A DNA stretch of 22,232 nucleotides from Elusimicrobiota bacterium (lineage in GTDB: Bacteria; Elusimicrobiota; Elusimicrobia; UBA1565): the NCBI GenBank assembly GCA_043819795.1, contig JBDREN010000157.1:1-22232 (forward strand). Direction: 5' to 3'. How positions within the stretch are numbered: position 1 is the first letter of the stretch; every line of letters starts with the position of its first letter. A program made the translations under genes and the position numbers. The notes beneath the pieces are model-generated. The model was not told the DNA's origin and searched no databases. It saw only the letters and a program-made list of their open reading frames with translations. This document shows positions 14,475 to 22,232 of the stretch, piece after piece.

Positions 14475-17400
14475 ATGAACACGCGCAGGATCGCCACGAC
14501 TCTCGCCTTGATCCTCGCCGCATCGCTGGCGGCCACGGGGGCGCAAGCCAAGCGGCTCGCCAAAGAGGACGTCCCCGAGCCGCTCAAGCCCTGGATCGGA
14601 TGGGTGCTGGCCGGCCACGAGGTCGAGCAATGCCCGTTCCTGCAGGGCTCGCCCGGTCGGCGGATGTGCGCCTGGCCCGCGGGCCTGAAGCTCGAGTTGC
14701 ACGGCAAGGGAGGCCGGTTCACCCAGCGCTGGAAGGTCTACGAGGAGTCCTGGATCGCACTACCCGGCGAGGCCAAGCGCTGGCCGCAGGACGTGCGGGT
14801 CGGCGACGCTCCGGCCTCGGTGATCCTGCGCGAGGATCGGCCGCAGCTGCGCCTCAAGGACGGCAAGCACACCGTCACGGGCTCCTTCCGGTGGGACTCC
14901 CTGCCGGAGCTGCTTCAGATACCTCCCGAGACCGGTCTCTTGGCGTTGACGGTCCGGGGAAAGCCGGTCCGCTTCCCGGTGCGCGACGAGTCGGGCCGCC
15001 TGTGGCTGCAGAAGGCGCAGGCAGATTCCAAGGAGAAGGCGCGCCTCGAGGTGGACGTCCACCGCCGCGTCACCGACGACATCCCGCTGCGGCTCGATAC
15101 GCACATCCGCCTAAAGGTCTCGGGCAAGAGCCGGGAGGTGGTCCTGGGGAAGGCGCTTCCCGAGGGCTTCGCGCCCCTGTCCCTGACCGGGCCCTTGCCC
15201 GCGCGCGTGGAGCCGGACGGGCGCCTGCGGGTACAGGTCAGGGCCGGCGACTGGATATTGGAGCTCGCCGCGCGGCACGAGGGCCCGGCGGACGAGCTGA
15301 CCCCTCCCGAGCCCCGCGGACCTTGGGACGCGGAGGAGGTCTGGGTGTTCGAGGCCCAGCCCGGGCTGCGGCTCGTCTCGGTCGAGGGCCCGCCGCAGTT
15401 GGACCCTCAGCAGACCGAGCTTCCCGGCCAATGGCGGGGGTTCCCCGCCTATCTGATGCGGCCGGGGGACGCCATGAAGCTGGTCGAGCGCCGGCGCGGC
15501 GACGCGGACCCGGCCCCGGACCGTCTCAGCCTCGACCGCACTTTCTGGCTGGATTTCGCCGGCAGGGGCTTCACGGTCCGGGACAGGGTCAGCGGGGACC
15601 TCAACCGGAGCTGGCGCCTCGAGATGGCGCCGCGCACGGAGCTGGGACGGGCGGCCGTGGGCGGCCGCGACCAATTCATCACGGCGCTCGAGCCCGACGG
15701 CCCCGCGGGGATCGAGGTCCGCCAGGGCCGCCTCGAACTCGACGCCGACAGCAGGATCGAGCGTCCCCTGCGCAAGGTCCCGGCGGTGAGCTGGAACGCG
15801 GACTTTGACAATGTCAACGGGCGGCTCAACCTGCCGCCGGGATGGCGGCTCATCCACGCGTTCGGCGTGGACAAGGCGTCGCCGACCTGGGTGACCCTCT
15901 GGACCCTCCTCGACATCTTCCTGGTGCTGATCATCGGCCTGTCGGTCGGCAAGCTGTGGGGGCGGCGCTGGGGCGCGCTGGCCTTGGTCACGGCGGCCCT
16001 CACCTGGCACGAGCCCGGCGCGCCGCGCTGGGTATGGCTCTTTCTGCTCGCGGGCGAGGCGCTCGTGCGCGCGCTGCCGGAAGGAAGGTTCCTGAAGGCC
16101 ATGAAGGCGTATCGCGGAATCGTCTGGGCGGCTCTGCTCGTGATCGCGGTGCCGTTCCTCGTGCTGCAGGTCAAGCAGGCGCTCTATCCGCAGCTCGAGA
16201 GGCGGCAGGAGGGCGTTCGCCCCTTGGCGTCGGCCTCCAAAAGCGAGGCCGAGGCTTTCGATGAGCGCTTCAGGGGCAAGGGCCGAGCGGTCATGCGCAA
16301 GGCCATGGTTGGCGGCATGCTCGCGGAACAGGCCATGGACTTCGACGCCGCGCCGGAGGCTCCGTTCGAGGCTGAAGGAAAGGAGTTCGCGATGAGGCCC
16401 TCCAGTCTCATGGCCGCCGGTGGGGCCGCCCCGGCGCCGAGGCCGCTGTTCGCTCTCGACCCGAATTCCCAGGTCTCGACCGGACCCGGCCTTCCCACCT
16501 GGGACTGGCGCGCGGTGTCTCTTTCCTGGCGCGGGCCGGTCAAGTCCGGCCAGCAGTTGCGGTTTCTGCTGATCTGCCCGGGAATGAACTTCGCGCTCAC
16601 CTTACTCCGGGTCGCGCTCGTCGTCGTGTTCGCGCTGCTGGTCTTCGGGCTCCCGATCGACAGGTGGGGTCGCGACCTTCGCTCCCGCGGCGGCTGGGCC
16701 AAGGCCGCCGCGTGGCTCTTCCCGGCCCTCTTGATCATCTTCGCGCAGGCCGGCGCGGCGCGCGCCGAGCCCGCGGGGTCGCAGGGCTTTCCCACGCCGG
16801 AGATGCTCAATGAGCTGCGCGGGCGCCTGCTCGAGAATCCCGAATGCGCGCCGCGGTGCGCGGAGAGCCCGAGGCTGCGTTTGGAGGTCTCCGGGAACAC
16901 ACTCCGCGTGCGCGTGGAGGTGAACGTCGCGGCCGAGACGGCGGTGCCTTTGCCGGGCGGGGTGAAGCAGTGGGTCCCGACGCGAGTACTCCTGGGCGAG
17001 AGCTCCGCGCCCGGGCTCAGGCGCACCCAAGACGGCATGCTCTGGATACCCCTCCCCAAGGGGTCCCACCAGGTGCTGCTCGAAGGTCCTTTGCCGGATC
17101 GCGACACCGTGCAGGTGCCGCTCCCTCTCAAGCCTCGGCGCGTGGTGGCGAAGGTGTCGGGCTGGATCCTCGACGGGATCCGCGAGGACGGGGTGCCGGA
17201 GGGGAACCTCCAGCTCTCCCGGGTGCGCGGGGCCAAGGGCCGCCCCGGAAGCGGGCTCGAGCCTGGGGCGCTTCCGCCCTTCGTGCGGGTCGAGCGCACG
17301 CTGGTATTGGGGCTCTCCTGGCGGGCCGATACGCGCGTCATCCGGCTCACGCCGGTTGGGACGCCCATCGTGGTCCCGGTGCCGCTCATCGCGGGCGAGT

Positions 17401-18656
17401 CGGTGACCACTGCCGACGTGCGGGTCGCCAAAGGAGAGGTCCTGGTCAACATGGGCCCCCACGACGCGACGGTCCGATGGACGTCGACGCTCAAGGAGAG
17501 CGACAGCATAACGCTCGAGGCGCCCGACAAGGTCCCCTGGGTGGAGAAATGGCGCCTGGACGTGGGTCCCCTCTGGCACGCGGAGCCGGAGGGCATACCG
17601 ACCGTCCACTCGGCGGGCAGGCCTCAGGCCAAGATCCGCGAGTGGCGGCCCTGGCCCGGCGAAGCGGTCACGGTCGCGCTCACCCGTCCTGAAGGCGTCG
17701 GAGGGCGGACCCTCACTATCGACCACGCCGCGCTCACGATGAACCCGGGGCTGCGCGCGAGCGACGCGACGCTCGCCTTGAAGCTGCGCAGCAGCAGGGG
17801 CGGGCAGCATACGCTCACGCTTCCCGAGGGCGCGGAGCTCCAGCTGGTCCAGATCGACAACAGGGCTCAGCCGGTCCGCCAGGAGGACCGCAAGGTGACC
17901 CTCCCCATCCAGCCGGGGAGCCACTCCGCGCAGCTCGACTGGCGGCAGGACGGGGGGATCAGCCTCTTCTATCGCACGCCGGAGGTGGATCTCGGGGCCG
18001 AGAGCGTCAACGCCGACCTCACCGTCAAGATGCCCGCGGAACGGTGGACGCTACTGCTCGGCGGGCCGAGGCTGGGGCCGGCGGTCCTGTTCTGGAGCCT
18101 CTTGGCGGTCTTCCTGCTCGTGAGCGTGGGCCTGGGGCGGTTGCGACTGACGCCCCTTCGCTGGATCCACTGGTTCTTGCTGTCCTTGGGGCTCACGCAG
18201 GTCCCCCTGACGATCTCGGGGACCGTGGCCGTCTGGCTGGTGGCGCTCGGCTGGCGCAAGGAGCATGCTCCCAAGCGCCCATGGGCGTTCGACGGCCTGC
18301 AGGCTTCGTTGGGGCTGCTGACCCTGCTGGCTTTCGCCTGCCTGTTCATGTCCATCAAGCGCGGGCTGCTCGGCCTGCCGGACATGCAGATCGGGGGCAA
18401 CGGCTCGAGCTCGCAGCTTCTGTTGTGGTACCAGGACCGTTCCGGCGAGGTCCTGCCGCGCGCCTGGGCGTTGAGCGTCCCGCTGATGCTCTACCGGGCG
18501 GCGATGCTGGCCTGGGCGCTGTGGCTGGCGTCGTCGATGCTCAAGTGGATCAAGTGGGGCTGGGCCTGCTTCACGGCCGGCGGGATGTGGCGTCCGGTGA
18601 GGGCCAATCCCAAGGCCAAGGAGAAGCCGGCGGTCCCGAAGCCGCCCGCCCCATAG
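14475..18656 (+). CDS. Large uncharacterised exported/multi-pass membrane protein with two homologous halves
   Basis: RBS GGAGG, ATG 14475, signal peptide ending AQA. 1393 aa with strong GC3 bias. Two beta-rich soluble regions, each followed by TM bundles. Confidence 0.85.
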   Translation: MNTRRIATTLALILAASLAATGAQAKRLAKEDVPEPLKPWIGWVLAGHEVEQCPFLQGSPGRRMCAWPAGLKLELHGKGGRFTQRWKVYEESWIALPGEAKRWPQDVRVGDAPASVILREDRPQLRLKDGKHTVTGSFRWDSLPELLQIPPETGLLALTVRGKPVRFPVRDESGRLWLQKAQADSKEKARLEVDVHRRVTDDIPLRLDTHIRLKVSGKSREVVLGKALPEGFAPLSLTGPLPARVEPDGRLRVQVRAGDWILELAARHEGPADELTPPEPRGPWDAEEVWVFEAQPGLRLVSVEGPPQLDPQQTELPGQWRGFPAYLMRPGDAMKLVERRRGDADPAPDRLSLDRTFWLDFAGRGFTVRDRVSGDLNRSWRLEMAPRTELGRAAVGGRDQFITALEPDGPAGIEVRQGRLELDADSRIERPLRKVPAVSWNADFDNVNGRLNLPPGWRLIHAFGVDKASPTWVTLWTLLDIFLVLIIGLSVGKLWGRRWGALALVTAALTWHEPGAPRWVWLFLLAGEALVRALPEGRFLKAMKAYRGIVWAALLVIAVPFLVLQVKQALYPQLERRQEGVRPLASASKSEAEAFDERFRGKGRAVMRKAMVGGMLAEQAMDFDAAPEAPFEAEGKEFAMRPSSLMAAGGAAPAPRPLFALDPNSQVSTGPGLPTWDWRAVSLSWRGPVKSGQQLRFLLICPGMNFALTLLRVALVVVFALLVFGLPIDRWGRDLRSRGGWAKAAAWLFPALLIIFAQAGAARAEPAGSQGFPTPEMLNELRGRLLENPECAPRCAESPRLRLEVSGNTLRVRVEVNVAAETAVPLPGGVKQWVPTRVLLGESSAPGLRRTQDGMLWIPLPKGSHQVLLEGPLPDRDTVQVPLPLKPRRVVAKVSGWILDGIREDGVPEGNLQLSRVRGAKGRPGSGLEPGALPPFVRVERTLVLGLSWRADTRVIRLTPVGTPIVVPVPLIAGESVTTADVRVAKGEVLVNMGPHDATVRWTSTLKESDSITLEAPDKVPWVEKWRLDVGPLWHAEPEGIPTVHSAGRPQAKIREWRPWPGEAVTVALTRPEGVGGRTLTIDHAALTMNPGLRASDATLALKLRSSRGGQHTLTLPEGAELQLVQIDNRAQPVRQEDRKVTLPIQPGSHSAQLDWRQDGGISLFYRTPEVDLGAESVNADLTVKMPAERWTLLLGGPRLGPAVLFWSLLAVFLLVSVGLGRLRLTPLRWIHWFLLSLGLTQVPLTISGTVAVWLVALGWRKEHAPKRPWAFDGLQASLGLLTLLAFACLFMSIKRGLLGLPDMQIGGNGSSSQLLLWYQDRSGEVLPRAWALSVPLMLYRAAMLAWALWLASSMLKWIKWGWACFTAGGMWRPVRANPKAKEKPAVPKPPAP

Positions 18657-18682
18657 TCGCGCTCAGGCGGGCCGCGGCCCGG

Positions 18683-18895
18683 CTACCACCAGCGGCCGCG
18701 GTCTTGGTAGGTCTTGATGAAGGTCTCGATGGACCGGTCGTAGGTCCGCTCCACGTCCTTGGGAAAGAGGCACCCGGGCAGCTCGCCTGAGCGCCAGTGG
18801 TACTTGAGGCACTCGCAGCAGATCCCCGTCCGGCTGCAGGAGCCGTAGGTGCAGGCGCAGCCGCTCTTGTTCTTCTCGACGTTGCATTCTCTCAT
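18683..18895 (-). CDS. Small Cys-rich protein (resembles DUF6485 family)
   Basis: RBS GAGAGG, ATG 18895. MRECNVEKNKSGCACTYGSCSRTGICCECLKYHWRSGELPGCLFP...TYDRS pattern. 70 aa. Family name is from recall of the CxC..C...G.CCEC..YH....LP.C.F motif. Confidence 0.8.
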   Translation of the reverse strand: MRECNVEKNKSGCACTYGSCSRTGICCECLKYHWRSGELPGCLFPKDVERTYDRSIETFIKTYQDRGRWW

Positions 18896-18956
18896 GTCTT
18901 CGGCCTCTCGGTGGGTTGACCGTCCCTTGATAGCGGAATATCCCCGGCGGTGAAAG

Positions 18957-19919
18957 TCAGTCCGGCTTCTTGCCGCCTTCGATCTTGCGCAGCCGGCCGC
19001 CCACCCAACCGGCCTCGTCCTGGAAACCCGCTCTCTCATAGAACTTGCCGAGCTTCCGGTAGCGCTCCGCGACGTCGAAGCCGGCGCTGTGCTGGAGCTT
19101 GCGCAGGCAGACCGGACAAAGGTGGATGGGCCGGGAGTCCGATTCCGCGAGGTGGTTGGAGCCGTTTATGACGCACCGGAAGAATACGCAGTGCTTCAGC
19201 CCGAACATGTGGGCGGTCTCGTGGACGAGGACCTTAAGGCTCCTGCGCAGGAGGACCTTCTCGGAATCCTTCCCGCGCTTCAGGCCGTAGAAGGCGGGGA
19301 CGTAGCGGACGAAGCTGAACACGCCGACTCGGTGCTGGAGGGATGCCTGGCCGAAGACGAAGTTCCAGTCCGGGCCGGGATAGAGGTCCTCCATAGTGAC
19401 CGCCACGACGGCGAAGGCCTTCTCGGGAAGGCGCCCCCTCAGGAAGGCCAGGACGTCGCCCGTGAGCAGCTGCCGGGCGCCCGCGTGGGGGTTGTCCCGG
19501 GTCGTGATGCCGGTCTTCTTGAGATCGGAGGGCTTAAGGAGGTCCGTCTCCGTGCCGAAAAAGATCCCGGCGAACTCTTTGAGGCGCTTGAGCGAGGGGC
19601 TGCGCTTCTTCGGGAATTCTCCCAAAGGCTGGATGTAGAGCGTGCTTCTCGCCTCCTCCGGGCGGTTCGGCTTCGACTCCAAGAACTTCTCGAAGCTCTG
19701 CCCGAGCTCCCGATGCTCGGCCAGCCAGTCTCCGGGCTTGGGGTCCGGGACGGGCTCGAAATCGCCGCCCGGATCGAGGGCGCGGCGCATGTTTTCGGCG
19801 AGCCCTTTTGTGGGACCGATGGCGCGCAGCCTCTCTTTGGGACCCGGCGGTTCGAACGAGAAGGAATAGTAGTCCATGAAAGTCACTAGCGCGACCGCGG
19901 CGACGAGCGTGCGTTTCAT
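18957..19919 (-). CDS. Archaemetzincin (peptidase M54 family) with N-terminal hydrophobic segment
   Basis: PGDWL, DLYPGPDWNFVFGQA, VGVFSF, HETAHMFGLKHC...C...GSNHLAESD...LCPVC (HExxHxxGxxH plus Cys4 site). ATG 19919. 320 aa. Confidence 0.9.
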   Translation of the reverse strand: MKRTLVAAVALVTFMDYYSFSFEPPGPKERLRAIGPTKGLAENMRRALDPGGDFEPVPDPKPGDWLAEHRELGQSFEKFLESKPNRPEEARSTLYIQPLGEFPKKRSPSLKRLKEFAGIFFGTETDLLKPSDLKKTGITTRDNPHAGARQLLTGDVLAFLRGRLPEKAFAVVAVTMEDLYPGPDWNFVFGQASLQHRVGVFSFVRYVPAFYGLKRGKDSEKVLLRRSLKVLVHETAHMFGLKHCVFFRCVINGSNHLAESDSRPIHLCPVCLRKLQHSAGFDVAERYRKLGKFYERAGFQDEAGWVGGRLRKIEGGKKPD

Positions 19920-19932
19920 CCCTGCCTCTATG

Positions 19933-19961
19933 ATTCTAACCCCTCGCCGGCCGTTTGGCAA
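19933..19961 (-). promoter_or_regulatory. Sigma70-type promoter for the archaemetzincin gene
   Basis: Minus strand TTGCCA-17 nt-TAGAAT, 13 nt before ATG 19919. Confidence 0.7.
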
Positions 19962-20064
19962 CCTATGGCGGGGCGCCCCGGCGCCCCGACGCTGGCGTTG
20001 GGCCTCGCGGTACGCTATCATTTCCTACGCCGGCGTCGGTAGACCATCGGCCAGGGGGCTGAGC

Positions 20065-21267
20065 ATGGATCAGATGGAGCTCATCAAGCGGATCTCGAGG
20101 CAGACCGATTCAAGGATCGTCTTCCTTATTATGGACGGCCTGGGGGGGCTCGGGGAGCCGGGCGGGAAGACCGAGCTCGAGACGGCGAAGACCCCCAACC
20201 TGGACGCGCTGGCGGCGCGCTCGTCCTGCGGCCTGGCCGACCCCGTGGCCCCGGGCATCACCCCGGGCAGCGGGCCCGCCCATCTGGCGCTCTTCGGCTA
20301 CGATCCGGTCCGGTACAACATCGGCCGGGGCATGCTCGAGGCGCTGGGGATCGATTTCCCGGTGAAACCCGGCGACGTGGCCATCCGGATCAACTTCTGC
20401 ACAGTGGACGACGGCGGCGTGATCACCGACCGGCGGGCCGGCAGGATCCCCACCGAGAAGTGCGTGGAGCTTTGCGCCAAGCTGGACAAGATCGAGGTGG
20501 ACGGCGTCGACATCTCGATTCGGCCCGTGAAGGAATACCGGGCCGCCATGGTCTTGAGGGGAGGCGAGTTGGGAGGCGCCCTGAACGACACCGATCCCCA
20601 GGTGACGGGCAAGCGGCCTCTTCCCTTAAGCCCCGGCGACGGGCCGTCGGAGCGCACCGCGAAGATCGTGAACGCTTTCATGGAAAAGGCCGAGAAGGCG
20701 CTCAAGGACGACCGGCCGGCCAACATGATGCTGCTGCGCGGCTTCGCGCTCTGCCGGCCGTATCCCTCCATGGCCGATCTCTACAAGCTCAAGTCCGCGG
20801 CTATCGCCCAGTATCCCATGTACAAGGGCCTGGCCAGGATGCTGGGCATGGATGTCCTGGACGCGGGGGATAAGAAGTCCGAGCTCTTCGATGTCCTGGA
20901 AAAGCGCTTCAAAGACTATACGTATTTCTACGTCCACGTGAAGAAGACGGATTCGGCGGGCGAGGATGGGGATTTCGCCCGCAAGGTGTCCGTCATCGAG
21001 GAGACCGACGCGCTCATCCCCCGGCTCACGGCCCTTGAGCCCGACGTGATCGTGATCACGGGGGACCATTCCACGCCCGCGCGCCTCAAGAGCCACTCCT
21101 GGCATCCGCTGCCCTTCCTCCTGCACAGCCGCTACTGCCGGGTGGACGAGGTCAAAGAGTTCGGCGAGACGGCCTGCGCCCGCGGAGGCATGGGGCGCCT
21201 GCCGAGCACGGCGCTCATGCCCCTAGCCATGGCCAACGCCCTCAAGCTCGATAAGTTCGGAGCCTGA
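20065..21267 (+). CDS. apgM: 2,3-bisphosphoglycerate-independent phosphoglycerate mutase, archaeal (ApgM) type
   Basis: IMDGLGG, TPNLD, TPGSGPAHLALFGYDP, DRRAGRI, HVKKTDSAGEDG, TGDHSTP, HSWHPLP. ATG 20065 (or 20074). 400 aa. Confidence 0.92.
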   Translation: MDQMELIKRISRQTDSRIVFLIMDGLGGLGEPGGKTELETAKTPNLDALAARSSCGLADPVAPGITPGSGPAHLALFGYDPVRYNIGRGMLEALGIDFPVKPGDVAIRINFCTVDDGGVITDRRAGRIPTEKCVELCAKLDKIEVDGVDISIRPVKEYRAAMVLRGGELGGALNDTDPQVTGKRPLPLSPGDGPSERTAKIVNAFMEKAEKALKDDRPANMMLLRGFALCRPYPSMADLYKLKSAAIAQYPMYKGLARMLGMDVLDAGDKKSELFDVLEKRFKDYTYFYVHVKKTDSAGEDGDFARKVSVIEETDALIPRLTALEPDVIVITGDHSTPARLKSHSWHPLPFLLHSRYCRVDEVKEFGETACARGGMGRLPSTALMPLAMANALKLDKFGA

Positions 21268-21271
21268 GTAG

Positions 21272-21306
21272 TCAGCGTATCAATCGCGGCGCGGTTGATG
21301 CGCTGA
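21272..21306 (+). terminator. Long 3' hairpin immediately after apgM (terminator or stabiliser)
   Basis: 16-bp stem 21272-21287/21291-21306 whose only two non-Watson-Crick positions are G-U wobbles on the + strand; no clear U-tract. Confidence 0.6.
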
Positions 21307-21373
21307 TGCCTTAGCCGTGTATTAGGAGTTCCTGCCTGCCCTGCCGGGCAAGCCCCTTGTGACCACCTGGGTC

Positions 21374-21402
21374 TTGACGGACCCCTGGGTGCCCTATAAA
21401 CT
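21374..21402 (+). promoter_or_regulatory. Sigma70-type promoter for the LamG-like gene
   Basis: TTGACG (21374-21379)-17 nt-TAAACT (21397-21402). Confidence 0.65.
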
Positions 21403-21549
21403 AACTAAAGATTCCCCTACCCTCAAATAGGGAATAGCCTGAAGCCTCGACCGGAGCGATTTGACAATTCTCGCGGGGCTTATTGGAGGCCATCCGATAG
21501 GGTCGGCTGCCGCCGGACCGACGGAGGCTGGCGCAAGGAGGAGACGGCC

Positions 21550-22232
21550 ATGATGCGATCCCTTAAGAATAATACGCTGAGAATTACGGGAGCGACGATT
21601 TTTGCGTTCGCCGCGCTGGCCATCTTACCGTCCCTGCAGGCGCCTGCCTGGGGCGCGGCGCCGGCGGGCCTGTTCGGGTACTGGACCTTCGACGACGGGA
21701 CAGCCACGGACAGCGCGGGGGACAACCACGGGACCGTGTTCGGTGCCACTCCGGTCCCCGGCATGGTGGACGGCGCCATGAGCTTCGGCGGCGGCGATTA
21801 CATCCAGCTGCCCGAGGCGCCTGTGTTCGGTTCCTCTGATTTCACGGTCACCGTATGGGCCAGGGACGACCAGTCGGCCACCGGCGTGGAGGGTGTCTTC
21901 TCGAGCTTGATGGGCCCCCCCTGGAAGCAGGCATTCGTGTACATAAACAGCCAATTCTACACCCTCCTTCCGAACTCGGCCGCGTGCGTCTCGGGAGCCT
22001 TCGTCCGGACCGACTGGAACTACATCGTCCTGAGAAGGACGGGCGACACCTTCCAGTGGTTCGTGAACGGAGCTCCGAGCGGGGGAGCCTGCTCGTGCGC
22101 CGGCGTCTGGAACGCGGCCAACCCGGAATACGGGATGCGCCTGGGTTCCACGCGCAACAACTACATGTTCGAGGACCTGACCGGGGTGCTCGACGAGCTG
22201 GCGTTCTTCGACCGGGCCCTGTCCGATTCGGA
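21550..22232 (+). CDS. Secreted LamG-like (concanavalin A-like jelly-roll) domain protein, 3'-truncated by the window edge
   Basis: Not in the ORF track because it has no stop in the window. RBS AAGGAGGAG, ATG 21550. Hand translation gives a signal peptide, then GLFGYWTFDDGTATDSAGDNHGT...DFTVTVW...WNYIVLRR...FVNG...GVLDELAFFDRALS. Confidence 0.88.
   Translation, partial: MMRSLKNNTLRITGATIFAFAALAILPSLQAPAWGAAPAGLFGYWTFDDGTATDSAGDNHGTVFGATPVPGMVDGAMSFGGGDYIQLPEAPVFGSSDFTVTVWARDDQSATGVEGVFSSLMGPPWKQAFVYINSQFYTLLPNSAACVSGAFVRTDWNYIVLRRTGDTFQWFVNGAPSGGACSCAGVWNAANPEYGMRLGSTRNNYMFEDLTGVLDELAFFDRALSDS

Noticed and set aside
1665..19919. A complete RiPP biosynthetic cluster or mobile element spanning the window
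   Set aside because: No radical SAM, YcaO, lanthionine synthetase, ATP-grasp, DUF692, peptidase-ABC exporter, integrase or transposase is recognisable; any maturase would have to be encoded elsewhere.
21425..21510. c-di-GMP-II riboswitch suggested by GGGAA...TGAAG...GGAG
   Set aside because: The GGGCAC loop and the GTGCAACCG pseudoknot partner are absent.
1154..21954. Numerous long antisense or off-frame ORFs (e.g. 1632-3116, 4616-6229, 6103-7692, 10788-12461, 14453-15808, 16184-17596, 16602-17924, 19089-19889, 21480-21779)
   Set aside because: Expected stop-poor shadow frames of GC-rich genes that overlap well-supported CDSs and carry no family motifs.

Overview
GC-rich bacterial chromosomal window; the lineage cannot be fixed from sequence alone. 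It holds about 18 protein genes, with no rRNA, tRNA, transposase, integrase or true CRISPR array. In order: a 5'-truncated hypothetical gene; a Zn-ribbon/HExxH membrane protein coupled to an AmmeMemoRadiSam B-A (MEMO1-AMMECR1) fusion; an orphan CheY-like receiver plus CheC-like phosphatase; a divergent MurC-like ligase coupled to a DUF885 protein; a CoA-type Nudix hydrolase; a probable cold-shock gene remnant; a TPM - nucleotidyltransferase-fold - LemA - OPT transporter operon; a small repeat-peptide gene; pcm; a 1393-aa internally duplicated membrane protein; a small Cys-rich protein; an archaemetzincin; apgM; and a 3'-truncated secreted LamG-like protein absent from the ORF track. The most notable element is 13174-13479. 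It encodes a 101-aa protein made of a 20-aa hydrophobic leader and four 20-aa cassettes, each with a near-invariant AQF(Q/R)PCVWPN(T/K)C core and an acidic linker, which looks like a multi-core (RiPP-like or secreted disulfide) peptide precursor. It has its own RBS, -10 box and terminator, and an array of FNR/CRP-like boxes upstream, one centred at the class II -41.5 position. No recognisable RiPP maturase lies in the window, so function is inferred, not shown. Two intergenic clusters share a family of REP-like palindromes, and two genes appear to be leaderless.
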